In this document: in pieces, positions 1 through 14,352 of the stretch
Layout: each line of letters starts with the position of its first letter
Numbering within the stretch: position 1 is the first letter of the stretch
Source: Octopus vulgaris
Lineage: Eukaryota
Length of the DNA: 64,000 nt
Assembly: GCA_951406725.2 (NCBI GenBank)
Contig: OX597824.1
Coordinates: forward strand, 57,412,001-57,476,000
Reading direction: 5' to 3'
Notes under the pieces: generated by a model
Databases searched by the model: none
Told to the model about the DNA's origin: nothing
The model's input: only the letters and a program-made list of their open reading frames with translations
Translations under genes and position numbers: made by a program

Positions 1-149
1 CGAAGGATCCTAGGGATGAGGATGGGGAGGCGAATCTCCCGATCACGGAGGAGACGCACCCTCCCTCAGTTGAAAAGAAAAAAGAGGAAGAGGAAGAGAA
101 ACGGGACATTGCCGGCAGTCGGTGACATATAGCGGAATGTCCCGGAACT

Positions 150-844
150 ATGTCGGTTATGGTTGTGCCACCGGCAGGAGAAGAGATACCGTTGGCGGGA
201 ACTGTGCCACAAACGGAAGAATTGGATATCCCGCCCCCGGAGGAAGACGAATTATTGATCTTCTTCTATAGAAGCGGAGAGGTTGAAAAGGTGGTGGAAA
301 AGCACCATAAGGGAGTACCTTTAGCCTTCACACAGGATCCCGAATGGCCTCCGCAGATAGCTGTAGAGGTCATAACGTTTGACGTGACGTTTAGGCTGGA
401 GGGGCTCAATGAGATATATCGCTTGTACCCGGGCGACGCCGACATGGAACCCGCTTTGTTCTTGAATGAGGCGTGGAGGATGGAGGAGGATACGGGCACA
501 AAATATGTTGAGGGTGAGTTATAAATTGTGGCACAGTGTGACACAAACATTTGATAATAGGCACTTCGCCTTCTTTCTGAACTCCCGGGTGTCAACGTGG
601 TCTGCTCTGCAGGCGGCTAGATATTTGACTGGGGTCCGGGAGGAGGAGGAAGGGAAAAGTGGTAGTGTATTTTTGATATTTGATTAACTTTTTGATTTTT
701 ATGTAAGAAAAGAACCTGTGATTGTAATGCCCCCACAGCCAATTTGATAACATAAAGAAGCTTTCTTCCCGGAGGGAGGAGCCCATGCCCTGGACAGAGA
801 ACGAGGAGTGGCCTTCGCAGGTGACTACGAAGATCATATCTTAG
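150..844 (+). pseudogene. Disrupted ORF remnant of unknown origin, probably TE-derived, with an internally repeated peptide motif
   Basis: GC-richer island. ORF 150-524 contains PLAFTQDPEWPPQIAVEVIT, and another frame at 782-841 reads PMPWTENEEWPSQVTTKIIS. Stops and a frame change lie between them. Confidence 0.35.
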
Positions 845-2516
845 CCTTTTTTAGCCTTTTTCATTAATAATTTTTATTCTATTTTCCCACGCAACCTCTC
901 CACGAGTTTTATTTCTTATAGACGCCCAAAACTATTCTTTACGTTTATAATCTAGTGATGTTTTCTCAACTAACTAAGCAACGTTCTTTCGCCATTTCGT
1001 TTGGATTTTGTATTATTTTGGGATTAATATGTAGCTGTTATTAATATTGTAATTGATATATTATTAGGTGTCTGTTAGTTATAGTTGGGTGTCTTCATGC
1101 TAGTTTCTCCATAAGTTGTGTTTTTTTCTCACTTTTCTTTAGTTCATGAGGCTTTAATGTTTTTTCGGTCTTTTCGTATTTTTCATTGATAAAAAAATTT
1201 GCCATTTTCATTGAGTATGTATTCTATTTCTTTGCACTAAGTCACCACGCGTTAAATTTTATAAACACTTATACTATTTTGCGTTAAAAATTCAGTTACT
1301 TTTTTCCTTCGCAAAGATAAGTTTGACATTTTATCGTTTATCTATTTCATTTGAATTTGGAATCGTTTTGTGTTTGAAATTATAATAATTATTATTATTG
1401 TTGTTATTATTATTGTTGCTGTAATATTATTATTTATTTATAGTTTATTGATAGTAATTTTTTACGTTCGATATTGGATATGGTATCTTTTAATTTTTTA
1501 TATAGGAATTTATATAGGGATTTAAGTAAACTAGTTTTTATTTTAATATCAATTTTATGTTTAACTTTTTTTATCATGTGATATATTAAATCTATAGATA
1601 TTATACATAGATATTAATATAAGTAGTTTATATATTGGATTTGTGTATATTTGAACTATTTCCAATTTTTGATTGTATTATTCATGAATAGTAATAATAT
1701 TGGGTATATTAATTAGACGCTAAAACATATTAATACATTTAAAATCCAGATAGATTAATTGAATCGTTGAACTTAGTAACTTAGTTTGTTTATCAATATA
1801 TTTAGATCTTATTGTCATTATATTTAGATCTTGTTATCATTTTGAGTTTGACCGTTGTTATTATTATTATTGTTATTGATTGGTTTTGTAGAGGACTGGT
1901 GATTGTGATTGTAAATTTCATTGGTTCTAATATTTTTGCACCTTTCTTTAATTCTGGGGCTGAAAAGTTTTCTTAATTTCCATTAACAAATAATTCTCAC
2001 CATTATATTATTTTTATATATATTGATAAATATAAGTTACCTTAGATATTAATTCTTATATCTATTTATTTGTTTTTTTTAAAATATATATATATTTATA
2101 TATATAAAGGGATCTAACGTATTATATTTAATTTAATTTGAGAATTAATTCCGTTAGACAATATATTATTTAATTATTAAGTGGCATATTTATCATGTAA
2201 TATTAAATTTTAAGTTAATTAGGTATTATATTAATTGATATTTAGTCAACTATGTTATAGATTGATATATTAAATCTATAGATACTACACATGTATATTA
2301 ATTATATAGTTAGCTTATTTAATGAGTCTGTCTATATTTGAACCATTTCACATTTTGATTACAATTTAATGACTTGTACTAGCATTGTGTATTTTAATTA
2401 ATTTTTAAAGGATTTGATAATTTAAGTATTGTTTTAGTTTTCACTTATGTATATTTAGTATTTATATATATATTATAGTATATTTATTAAATTATTTAAT
2501 TATTCTAGTTTATTTT

Positions 2517-2605
2517 TAACCTGATGAGTGGCTATATTTATATCGAAGTGATTTTACTACTACTATAATCATTTCTTAAATATAGCCACGAAACACGTGT
2601 CGTTA
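2517..2605 (+). ncRNA. Type I hammerhead ribozyme, intact core
   Basis: Stem I TAAC/GTTA; CTGATGA at 2521; 13-bp stem II GTGGCTATATTTA/TAAATATAGCCAC plus an inner helix; GAA; palindromic stem III ACACGTGT; cleavage triplet GUC (C2601). Confidence 0.9.
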
Positions 2606-2799
2606 TTCTACCAATTATATACGTTTTTATTATTTTTTTTACAATTTACTTAATCATTGATATTCTATTGTTATTTTCATTTTAATATTTCTATTATATG
2701 TAATTTTCTAGATGGTGTAATTTAATTCTTCATTTTGAATTGATGAAAGGTGCTTTTTCTAATTTTATATATATATATATATATCACGCACATGTATAC

Positions 2800-3425
2800 A
2801 CGCGCAAAAGCGCTCCTATACCCCCTACACAACCCCTCGTTCACATACACATGCACATGCACACTCACAAAATACACACGCACATACATACACACACGCA
2901 CACGCAAATGAACCCACATATACCTCCCATACACACACAGCACACACTCATACATACATGCACACACACACATACTGCAAACTACCAGTACCTTTCACTG
3001 ACCATTCTCCTACGCACATGTGTAAGTAGACACACAACACGAGCCACTCCAACTATAAATTCTTCCTATGACCTTAAACGATACTAAGCCCAACCACTCA
3101 TATAGATAAACAGCCACAACCACACACACACACGTGCTATCATTACACACATACACACACACGCAGCCCTGCGTGCGCGAGAACTTTTTCTTCACCCATT
3201 CCCTTCCGGTCATTTCAATATGTGATCGCGTGTGTATCGTAGGTGATTTTCTTCCTCCGTCTTCCTTTCCTTGGACCTTTCCTTTTTCTATGTTTCTGAC
3301 AAATAACTCCGCTCGAAACGTTAAATCCTCCTTCTTTCCTTCTTTCCTGAGCTTCCAATATCACTATACTTGTTCCACTTCCTCGCGTTGTTATGTTTTC
3401 TCTTTGTTCATGTTTGAATTAACTA
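2800..3425 (+). mobile_element. Family-A non-coding interspersed repeat with decayed minimal HHR (3293-3325)
   Basis: Homologous to 21850-22375 and 62135-62620. The HHR reads ttt-CTGACAA..GCTC-GAAACGTT-AAA, with core and stem II mutations. Confidence 0.7.
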
Positions 3426-3440
3426 TATATATGTGTGTGT

Positions 3441-3513
<73 letters not shown>

Positions 3514-4133
3514 TGTGTTTGTATTTTTCCCCCACCATCACTGCTTGATAACCAGTGCTGGTGTGTTTACGTCCTCGTAACTTAGATGTTCGGCAGAAAA
3601 GACTGATAGAATAAGTTTTCGCTTTAAAAATAAGTCCTAAGGTCGATTTGTTCGACTAAAACCGTCCAAGACTGCGCTTCAGCATGGCCGCAGTTAAACG
3701 ACTGAAACAAGTAAAAGAAAAAAATAATACATGCATACATACGTGCATACATACATATAGTTACAATTAAAAGCCAATAATAATAAATAGTAATAACAAC
3801 AGTATTAACAATACATTTCTGTTTCATTATTTATTAATTTACATGCAGAAAAAAAGACAAAAAAAAAGCAAAACAAAGAAAATAAAACAAGAACTAGTAA
3901 ATCAAAGGAAGACGTCTTCCTTCCGCTATCTAACTGTATCCCGCTGTGAGATGTTTGTATATCGATGTACCTAACCTCATCCAATCGCTTCATCAACATC
4001 TCATTATCATCTTTCGGCCGAACCTACCCATTCCCACAATTTGCACTCAACCTAATGCATATTGTATACATCTTCATCCTGTAGTTTTTTTGGTTGTTGT
4101 CGTCGTTGTTCCTTTGTCGTCGTCGCCATAGTC

Positions 4134-4294
4134 CCCCTCCTCCTCCTCCTCCTCTTCTTCTTCTTCTTCTTCTTCTTCTTCTTCTTCTTCTTCTTCTTCG
4201 TCTTCTTCTTCTTCTTCTTCTTGTGGTTTTGTTCGTATGTTGGAGTTGACAGTTTACCTTTTGTTGAATTTTATCTCTTTAAGTAGTAGTAGTA

Positions 4295-4325
<31 letters not shown>
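4134..4325. repeat. (CCT)n/(CTT)n and (AGT)n microsatellites
   Basis: Direct reading of the sequence. Confidence 0.95.
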
Positions 4326-4326
<1 letters not shown>

Positions 4327-5651
4327 TATTGTTAATATAAACATTGCTCTTGTTTCTAGCTGTCCCCACTAATATTCTTGCCGTCGTGATGTGACCACAA
4401 CATTCACAATATAAAAATTGACAGAAATTTGCATGTGTTGGAACCGTCTTACGACATACCGCACAACCGCCTTTCCTTCATGTCTTCCTTTCTCTTCCAT
4501 CTCCCTTTCCTAACTCTAGATATATTCATTTATTTGTTTGTTTGTTTATTCATTCATTCATTCATTTCCAACATCTTTCCTGCTATCCCACAGATATATG
4601 CACTCATACAGTCGCTACATCTAACTTTAACACTCCATATCTTTACAACTATCCATATCGCTCGGCCTTGCTTTTTCTCTTTCTTCTCTCCTCTCTCTCT
4701 TCTATTCTCTCTTCCATGCTCACTCACGCACACACACACTCTACTATATCTGTCATATAGTGTTAAATGACCAGTTTTACAGCTGTCTCCTTCTCTCCCT
4801 CTTTCTCTGACACACTCTCTACCTCTCCCTCTCATTATCTAATCCTCCACTCTGCCTCACTACCTCTTTCTCTCTCCTTATCATTCTAACTCTCTATTCA
4901 CTTTCTCTTTGTGCCTTCCCACTTTATGAATCCATATTTTTTTCTAAATATATTTTTTCACTCTCTCTCTTTCTGTTTCTTTCTTTCTCCTTCCCATTCT
5001 CTCTCCCTCTCATAGCAAGAAATTCTTTCACATTTATCTCTATGACGCATTGCGTGATGGATATCATATTACGAAGGGTGTATCTCAAATGCCCACGGAG
5101 TCCCTAACCCTTAAACTTAACCCTAAACCTAACCCTAGCCTCAGATTAACAAGACACACATTGGCGAGCCACAAATCCACAGAAGTAACTTGACAAATCG
5201 TCTCTCAAGCTTTCATTTCCTCTACGAAAAATATGTCGATGTTATTCTAGAGACAATACATTGACATTAGTTGAGTGATAAGTTCTCAGAAAACTGTGCC
5301 TACCATACGGTTTCGATTTCCAGGGAAGAATAACTTTGCTAACTCGGTAAAAACTTTCCAGTTTATTCGCCCACTACTGGAAATGGTTAATTTTCATGTC
5401 TGCTTCAGAAACGTTCTGGATTAGCAGAATCACTGGAGTGTCGGAAAAATGCCTAGCTCTTTATATTCTGAGTGTAAATCTCACCCAAGCCTATTTTACC
5501 TTTCATCCTGTTGAGAGTCGATAAAATATAGTGTCAAATAGTAAGATCGATGCTGTCGACAATTCTCTTACCCTCAAAATTCCTGATATCTAGAGAAATA
5601 TATGTATGTGGTTGGAGTGCAAACAGGATCAATAGAACTCATAATATGAGT

Positions 5652-5682
<31 letters not shown>

Positions 5683-6074
5683 CTCATAATTTGAGATCTA
5701 TTGATCCTGATCTATTAATCAACTACATATACTTAACGTATATGCTTTGAGTATTTTTCCGGTAGACTGTGATTTGGTGCAGTGGAGAACACTCCCTCAA
5801 AGCGCCAGGTATTAAAGCACCCGAAAGTCATGGACAGCCAAGACAACTCACTTCTAATCCCATCTAGGATTGATGGACATCTATGTTACTCCATTTTTGT
5901 GTTCTTATCAGCATCACGTACCCGAACAGGATCGGAAATGAATCATTTTGACAGTCCACGACTTACATTCACGTAACGTGCAAACCATGTGCAGGTATGA
6001 TCGGACAATGCGTATGCAAGAATAAATTCAAATATGAAATAGAAGCACCGCTAGAGTAATAAACATTATCAACA

Positions 6075-6298
6075 AGGCGGCAAGCTGGCAGAAACGTTAG
6101 CACACCGAAATGCTTAGCGAAATGCTTAGCGGTATTTCGTCTGTCTGTTCGTTCCTAGTTAAAATTCCGCCGAGGTCGACTTTGCCTTTCATCCTTTCGG
6201 GTCGATGAATTAAGTACCAGTTGCGTACTGGGGTCGATGTAATCGAATGGCATCCGCCCCAAAAGTTTCGGGCCTTGTGCCTAGAGTAGAAAAGAATA
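6075..6298 (+). mobile_element. tRNA-derived SINE (octopus-type, family 1)
   Basis: A-box-like AGCTGGCAGAA and B-box-like GTTAAAATTCC, followed by the body gaggtcgactttgcctttcatcctttcggg. Other copies lie at 32320-32505 and 62040-62132 on the minus strand. Confidence 0.75.
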
Positions 6299-6755
6299 AA
6301 CAGTATCAACCACATATACTTAATGTAAAAACAGCGTGTATTTGCCGGCACGCTGTGATTTGGCGCTGGGGAGAATTCTCTCTCAAGGCACCGAATGTTA
6401 ATACACATGAGAATCATGGGCAAGTGAGATAATTCACATCAATGTTTATCACTTCTAGATGGGATTGGAGGGATGGGATTATATATATGGTTCAAATATA
6501 CAGAAAACAAGACAGAGACAAGCGAGGGAACAACAAGCAGGTGTTTTAGGTTGAGGCTCGAGAAAAATGGGAAAATGTTTGATGTTTCGCGGCCACGCTC
6601 TTCGATAGAAAGTGATGAGAGGAAAAAAAGAATGGCGAGAAGGAAAGAAGGAGAGAGGGAGAGAGAGAGTGTATGTGAGAGAGAGAGAGGAAGAGAGAAA
6701 GAAAGAAAGAAAAGAGAGAGACGGTGAAATAAAAGAATGTGTCGGGATGAACGGT

Positions 6756-6795
<40 letters not shown>

Positions 6796-7443
6796 ATCTA
6801 TCCATATGTGTCCTTGTGTTTGTCATCCACTACCGCTTGACAACATGTGTTGGTTTGTTTACATCCTCGATAGCTAGCGGTTCAGGATAAGTGGATAAAT
6901 GTCATACTAAGAAAAGTATTCGGGTTCATTTGCTCGACTAAGCCCTTCAGCGTGGTACCCTAGCATGGCCGCGACCTAATAACTGAAGCAAGTAAAAGAT
7001 AAAAGATACAAATATGTCGAATTGCTTGAACAACAGGAATTACGTGCTGTAGTTTACTAAAGTGTATATATTGGCACATTCTATCAATTATTTATGATAT
7101 ATGACTTTTGTATCTACAAAGCTGATTAAGATTATGCGAGGTGTTATGGTGCCTCTGCCACTTAATTCCGATTTAATCTTCTGTCAACAGAATCCCTTGG
7201 CAGAAAAATTCATAAAATATATTCTAACGATATCTTTCAGATGATAATACTGAGATATGTAAATTACCTGCCACAAATTTAACGAACACTCTTCTATGTG
7301 TATATGTAATGTTTGCGTTATGGCTGACTTCGTTGTGATCCGGTTTATATTGTTTACCCCTTCTGTGATGTAATTAAATTCAACAATAATTTAACAGTTA
7401 ACCTTTTACAACAGCAACAACAACAAAAACAACAACAACAATG

Positions 7444-7510
<67 letters not shown>

Positions 7511-7956
7511 GATGGGCTACAGCAAATATTCTGCTCAGTACCACAGATTTGCTTGTCAGTTGTTTGATCTTAACTAGTTGAGCATGCCCCTTAATGGCTG
7601 ACGGTATGTGCATCTCTGTTCATGAGCAGAAGTACTGGGGGAGCATCATAGCCATGTGTTCAGAGGAATTCTTTGTGGTTTGGATAATTCACTTTTGAAA
7701 CATGGGTGTTTTGTTCAACATCCTTAAACAACCCTTATTCAGGGATCTTTTGAGCTGGATGGAATACTCATCCTGAAGAAAATTCTAACTAGGCTCCACC
7801 TCCAAGGTCTTCCGCTGTTTATGTTGATATGAGATCACTATGTCGCGCACGTATGGTTGTGATGCATGTACCTGATGTACCCTTATCAGATGGGTGAGCA
7901 TGGTAGGTATCACTTACTCCAGTATCACTTTAATGGCATGTACTGCTCTCTCACTC

Positions 7957-7957
<1 letters not shown>
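7511..7957 (+). mobile_element. Probable 3' end/UTR of an (AAT)n-targeting R4/Dong-type LINE
   Basis: Unique-looking block between (AAT)n and (AAC/AAT)n arrays. It begins with TANIL-like codons resembling the C-terminal GTAHIL of the element at 17780-18922. Confidence 0.4.
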
Positions 7958-7989
<32 letters not shown>

Positions 7990-8769
7990 AATAATAATAA
8001 TAATAATAATTATTATTATTATTGTTGTTATTTCAATTATTATATATTAACGCATACAACATTCGATACGTTTGTTTATTTGTTACGCTTTAATTTGGAG
8101 CTGATGACATATCAGATATTTTACACTCGTTAAAACATGCTTCCTAACCCTAACCCACCCCACGACACATCTATTTAAAGAAAAAAGAAATACTCAAGAT
8201 TCTGATAAAAAAAACTATTTATATATCGCCTTCGTCCCTTTCAGAGATTCATCATGAATGATTTTTATAGAAAATTTATACTCTTTATATATATGTGAGT
8301 TAGTTGACAAAAAAATCTGGTGTCCCAAAACTAAGAGAACAAATTCAACTCAAATTTTTTTTCGGACTAACTCTCATATAAAAGGTATAATTCATGATGT
8401 ATTCCGGAAAGAGACAAAATGGCAAATCCTCAAATAATACGATTGACACAAAGAAAAGCCCAGTAAGGAAGGAAAAAGCTATGCAACCACCAACGCGGAT
8501 ATTCAGGTTCACTGGGATGAAGAAATTGAAAAAGTGGAAAGTCTCCCCAAAAATCAACCCCAACATCACCTCACCAAACAGCGGAGAAGGTTAAGGAACC
8601 AACTGAAAGCCTGATTAAAGAGAGTTCAAACTAAAAAACATACCCCACCCCAAAAAAAAAAATCCCACCAAATATACAGAGAAAGAGACAGCAAAAAAAA
8701 AAAAAATTATTCAAAGACCTCCTGCAAAACAATAGCAAGTGCAAAATTGCGTAGCTTAGGGATCTTTCT

Positions 8770-9690
8770 GCATGTAATCAAGGAGACACATCTGTCTACA
8801 GGTATAATTGATGCAGAGACACACATATGCAGTATTCCGTGCAGACAGAAGAGAAAGGAGTCAAGATGGAGTTGCGTTGTACATCTGTAAAGATATTACA
8901 CCACTAACCCTGTTGTTACATTCAAGCTTAGTCTGTTACATACTCATAGTGCATCTGAAGCAACTTGATGTGGTAATATGCATACTTAATCGCCAAACCA
9001 ATGCCGCAAATCACAATGGTAAATTTGAGGAGAACCTTATGCCGATAAAAGAAGTACTAACAAAACTAGATCAATGCATTAATATACTTCTGATGTGTGA
9101 TTTCAACCAGCGCAGCATCAGATGGCCGGAATGTTATATAATCATGGGAATGGAACGCAAAAGCGCAATGAAGCAGAATCTCTACTTGATCACAGGAAAA
9201 TGTTGTTCATGGAGGAAACCATACTTTTCCCAACCAGAAACAATAACATATCAGACCTCTGCTTCAACAGCAATGAGGAACTTAATCCAGAATGTGAAGA
9301 TATCACCAACAATCTTCTCAGATCACATGATAAAACTGATGAGGTATGGTCCAAAAGTATGAGACGGAGAATAAAGATCTTCAATCGCTTAAATATAACA
9401 ACTTACTGACAAAAAAGAAATCTCTCCTCAAATAGGCACTTTTACAGATCGAAAATAAACTCAAACTCTCCCATGAAACGGTAAGGATAGAAAGAAAAAA
9501 TCAGGGAGTCGAAAAATATAAAAATTTATCCTAAAGTTTTCTACAAGTTTGCGAAAGAATCTGCCTCGGTGCACACTGTTTGAAGAAGACGGCTCACTAA
9601 CTACAGACCCAGGGGATACTTGAAGTGCTAAACAGACAATTCCAAAGTGTCTTCACCTCTCCAATGGTAAATATGCAAATAAGCAAACCT
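8770..9690 (+). pseudogene. Decayed CR1/L2-like LINE ORF2 (APE endonuclease and linker)
   Basis: APE motifs across frameshifts: IKETHL, YAVFRADR..GVALYI, ILLMCDFN..IRW, PTRNNNISDL, SDH. Downstream are PKVFYKF and EVLNRQFQSVFT. Confidence 0.8.
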
Positions 9691-9829
9691 GATGGGTTTT
9701 CAATACGAGACAGGTACTTGCGACTGAGGATGAGCCAACAAGCTATTTTGCTTGTTGCAAATCAGTGACTGATGGTCGCTTTGTTTAATGCAAACTAGAT
9801 TATGACTGGGCGATAATAGTTTATTCAAA

Positions 9830-10300
9830 GTAGCTGCCCCCAGTTCCCAGCAGAGTCTTAAGACAGCTCCGGACCTAGCACATGTGTTCCTGAGCGTGTC
9901 TCTAGAAATATCTTCGAACACCTCGTTGATCTTGCCTGCCAGCTCAGCCTTGGTGTTGCTGATAAAACAGTTGTGGTCTTTCTCAATCGCACCTCACACA
10001 GTAACACATGGGATAATAATCGGGGGAATTAGCAGACCAAAAATTGGGACAAGTGAACTCGTAGAAAATCCTCGACAATCAATTCTGACTATTTCCGGGA
10101 GTATGGCAAGAAGCCGAACCCTGCTGTCACACATGCCCTTCCGACAGCAACCATTTTCAGTCAAGGAATCGCCGTTCTCTACAACGGCTTTATATAGCTG
10201 TCTGATTGGGACTAAAGCTCTGGTCAAAGATGCTAGGCAGCATGACGTCACCCTTACGGGAAACACACGCGAAGACCATCAATTTCCTGCTGGTTAGAGG
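9830..10300 (-). pseudogene. Decayed DD37D (maT-type) Tc1/mariner transposase, C-terminal half
   Basis: Minus-strand reading gives KGDVMLPSIF.., V*QQGSASCHT..FWSANSPDYYPM.. and NTKAELAGKINEVFEDISRDTLRNTC. There are 37 residues between the positions of the 2nd and 3rd catalytic D, both mutated. Confidence 0.75.
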
Positions 10301-11623
10301 TTCGTAATCACCGTTGCATGTGCATGTCACAACTTACAGCCTTTACTGTGTCCAGAGAGCATTGATGTCGGCATTTTGATAAGCGGTACGAATCATCCAT
10401 GTCAGCTAACTTCTCAACTACAACTTTGATCTTTATGCCGATGACAGTTCACCAATACATGTTCCTGAAAAGATCGTCGAATTTGCCCCGAACCCCCCCT
10501 CTCTCTCTCTCTCTCGCTCTCTCTGTACATATATATATTGAACCCTTTACACAGATTCTTTATAGCGCCTGAAAGTCTTTCACCATATTGCCGTAACGTA
10601 TCCGTGGTCGTGTATTATCAACATACTTATCTTACTACAAGTTTTACAGCGACAAGTATATGGAACTTATAAGAAATGTTAACACCTCTTGTGAACACTA
10701 TGTAGCTGTTGTACAGTGTTGACAAATTTTGTTCTGCATTTTCAGCTAGCTTTGATAATCCCCTTCGAAGCCCTTCTGTCACGTGTTCAAGATAATCTTT
10801 GTAGGAGTTGAACATTTTCAGAGTGGTATCACCTGGATTAGAGGTTTCAACCATCTGGTTTGAAAGTATCTACTCCTGGTATTATTCTATATAGCGAGTA
10901 ACACCATCCTCCCCGCCAATGTCCGGGCGATTGAGATGAGTTATGTTACACAGGTAGTTTGCTCACTCACGTAAAAGTCTATCGTCTTATGTCTATACCG
11001 TACATTTTAATGACATAAAAGAGGATTATGCTACATTGAAATAACTGTACTTAAAAGGCAAAGATGTCGTACAGTAAAAAATCTGACAGATTTATGTGAC
11101 CCCGACTGACACCAGTCTTGATATAAGTCAGTTACGCCCTCAGCCGACTTAGTAAAAGAAAAAGAAAAAAAAGAAAGGAAGAAAAAGGTGTTAAAGAAGT
11201 TGAAAAGGTATTAGATAAAAGTGGTTAGGTCGGAAGTTATAGAGAATTGAACTTTAGAAACTGTAATTTCTTATTACATAACCATATCACGGATTGGAGT
11301 CGTCATTGAAAATACAGTAGTTTCACCACTGAACTTTTAGTTAGATCACTATGTGCGGCCAAAGCTACATAGCTAGACTGGAAATATCTCTGATTTACGG
11401 ATCCTAGTTTGTGCATTTCCTTTCATCACACACGCGCGCGCGCGCATACAGAAATTTTCGTCTTTTCTCTTTTTCATTTGATATGATTTGACAGGGATTT
11501 TCATAGAATTAAGCGGCTTCATAAAAGGGAAGAAGAGAGAGTAAGAAAGAGGGAGAGGGAACATTGGGAAGAGAGATTGAGATAGATACATAGAGATAGA
11601 TAGATAGATAAATAGATAGGTAG

Positions 11624-11656
<33 letters not shown>

Positions 11657-12600
11657 AAGAGTGACAGAGAGAGTCTGAAAAGTTCATTGGCTGACTGTGA
11701 AGGTGTGGTGCTAGAGCTGTGAAATCTTGCATGCATTAATTTCAACTCCCCTTATTTATAACCGCATTGTTTCTTTCCAGGTAAACTAACATCTGACTTC
11801 AAAAGTAATTAGTACCGACTTCTCTTGAAAATGGACAAAATTTGGCATCGCAGTGTTAATTCCTCTTTGATAAAGACTTTCATTCGAGCATGTAGTTTGA
11901 CAAACTTATGGAAACGCTCACGCTGGTCCCCTAACATTATCAGCTTTCGTTAGGAAAGAGGAAATCTTAATATAGAGGGAGTCTCTGCTTCATACATTTC
12001 TATTGCAACTGACCGACGCTACAGATCATCTTATAGGCCAATGACTTCATAGTAATACAGCGCAAGGGCATCAAAGTACTGGCGAGGGTGAAAAAACGCG
12101 CAATAGTACCACATCGGAGCAATGGACTCCTACTGGCAATTGGTATATCCATTTAAGAGATGGAAAACTCCAAATTTTATTTCACCCCCTCCCCTTACTG
12201 TCTTGTGATTTGTGTTGTGTTGGTTGCTGAACATTTTCTAACGATTGTCCCAGTTCAACACTTGTTTCCGACTTAGGCACAATACTAGCAATTTTTGGGT
12301 AATGGCAGTTAGTGGGGGAGGGCGAAGGAAGTATATTGTTCTAGGGACTGTATTACTTGACTGGCTCTTTATTTTATTGATCCTGAAATGATAAAATGCG
12401 ATATTGAGAATCAAATTGTACAGAACTGGAAAAATATCTCAAAGCTTTAATGCCTACGATGGTAATAATTCTTTGTAACCAAGGTAATCATCCCAAGTAT
12501 GCGGATTATGGTCACAAAAGGCTAACTATTTGTGTAAATACACGTACCGATGCGTTAAAATTTTAAGACATTTCATCCATGGATTATCGTTATTACTATA

Positions 12601-12660
<60 letters not shown>

Positions 12661-12903
12661 AGATAATAAAATGGAGAAATACATCTAAATCAAATATCAA
12701 TTACCAGATAATACTCAATCACATACTTTATTAAACCACCACATAAGAGACTGTAGGGTTAAATATAAAAAGCAGAACAAATCAGTGTACATAAAGGAAT
12801 GTACATAAAAAAGTGTACATAAAAGAGTAATGTTGTATAATAAGTAGAATATATATAAAAGAGAATATAAATATAAGTAAATATAAGTATAAGTATAGAT
12901 TAC

Positions 12904-13030
12904 ATCTTACAGCTGTTTCGCCCATGTAGATAAGTATGTCTCATTTTACCAATATTAGCCCTTTATGGTTGGTCAATATATAGATATAAATGAGACATTT
13001 ACAAAAATATCATAAGGCCTCTTCGGAGAT
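12904..13030 (-). ncRNA. Type I hammerhead ribozyme, CCGAAGA core variant
   Basis: Minus strand: ATCT-CCGAAGA-G-GCC..(ATGTCTCATTT/AAATGAGACAT inner helix)..GGC-GAA-ACAGCTGT-A-AGAT. Confidence 0.8.
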
Positions 13031-14102
13031 TATGTAATATAAATCAGTCTACATATATACCCACATGGGTGTGGGTGCATATCCATAATACAACATATAC
13101 ATATACATATGAGTGCATATACTCACACTCTTATACATATAAAAATATACATATACATAATGATATAAATAAATAATATAAATTAGTAAACATATATATG
13201 TGTTCCACATTCAATGTCTCAGTTTTTCGACTTAATATTTTGATAATAAACATACACAAATTAGTAACTAGATGCAAATATACATAGTCAATTGTACATT
13301 ATATTACTTCATAATAATTTCTAAAGTGTCATTAAAGTTAGCATCATTATCGTTGTCAATACCATTAATGTTACTATTATTATCATTCATAACATTATTA
13401 ATAACGCTTACATTAGGATCCAGAGCGGTATATATGTATGTCCGGGTTCCAATTAGTAATTTTCCTTATGACATAAATACACTATTGGATTTGAATTTAA
13501 AATTATCATTATCTTCCTCACTTTTGGTCAATTGAGAGCCGCTCGACCTCCATCACACCGCACAAGCAAAACATACACATCCACATCTAACCCTAAACCC
13601 ACACATCCACACAGAAACTCACACACACATGCACACACACATGAATACACCTCGACACATTCAATAAATTACAGAGTGCATGTCTGTCATCGCATGGCTT
13701 ATAGACAAATCAGTACAGGCAGTAGTGTCTAACACTAACACACACACTCACACGCACATCCGCATATACTCATAAATATTAATACACTTTCCTATACTGT
13801 GTCAGGGAACTTACGCACACATATATATATATATATTTAAATATATATCCGCGCACTCATACGTACAAATAAAACCTATATTTATATCCACCCATGAATG
13901 AATATTCGCATATACATATATACACATCCAAGTACGCACCTGCGTGCTCATATGTGTAATAAAAACATACATCCGTACATCCACCCACGATCATACCTAT
14001 ATGTACAAAAGCATACATACGTACTCATACACATTTTCACACACCTACAGAGGTTACTATTAATTTAGAATAAGTTTATTAATTATAAATTAAATTAATT
14101 AT

Positions 14103-14133
<31 letters not shown>

Positions 14134-14268
14134 ATAAGTTCAGCAAAATTTAGATTCAAATGAATATGGTACTTAAGTTATATGCACCAGAATTTTGTAT
14201 GGTGTTATCCATATAAATCCATGGGGTGATTATAATCAAAATAAGCAACAAGAATAACTTCGGTAATG

Positions 14269-14352
14269 TGGTACGATCGTTTCGCACTACATCATTTTAT
14301 GAAATCTTGTAAGTATTAGAACAGTTTTAAAATGCTGAGCACTCATCAGCCA
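14269..14352 (-). ncRNA. Type I hammerhead ribozyme (left arm copy)
   Basis: TGG-CTGATGA-GTGCT..AGTGC-GAA-ACGATCGT-A-CCA. Stem II has G-U wobbles and a CATTTTA/TAAAATG extension. Confidence 0.8.

Noticed and set aside
5101-5138. Telomere-like CCCTAA repeats
   Set aside because: Only about six degenerate units, too short to call an interstitial telomere.
10627-10854. 75-aa minus-strand ORF with natural-looking composition
   Set aside because: In-frame stops just upstream and no recognisable motif. Possibly an old TE fragment, but unsupported.
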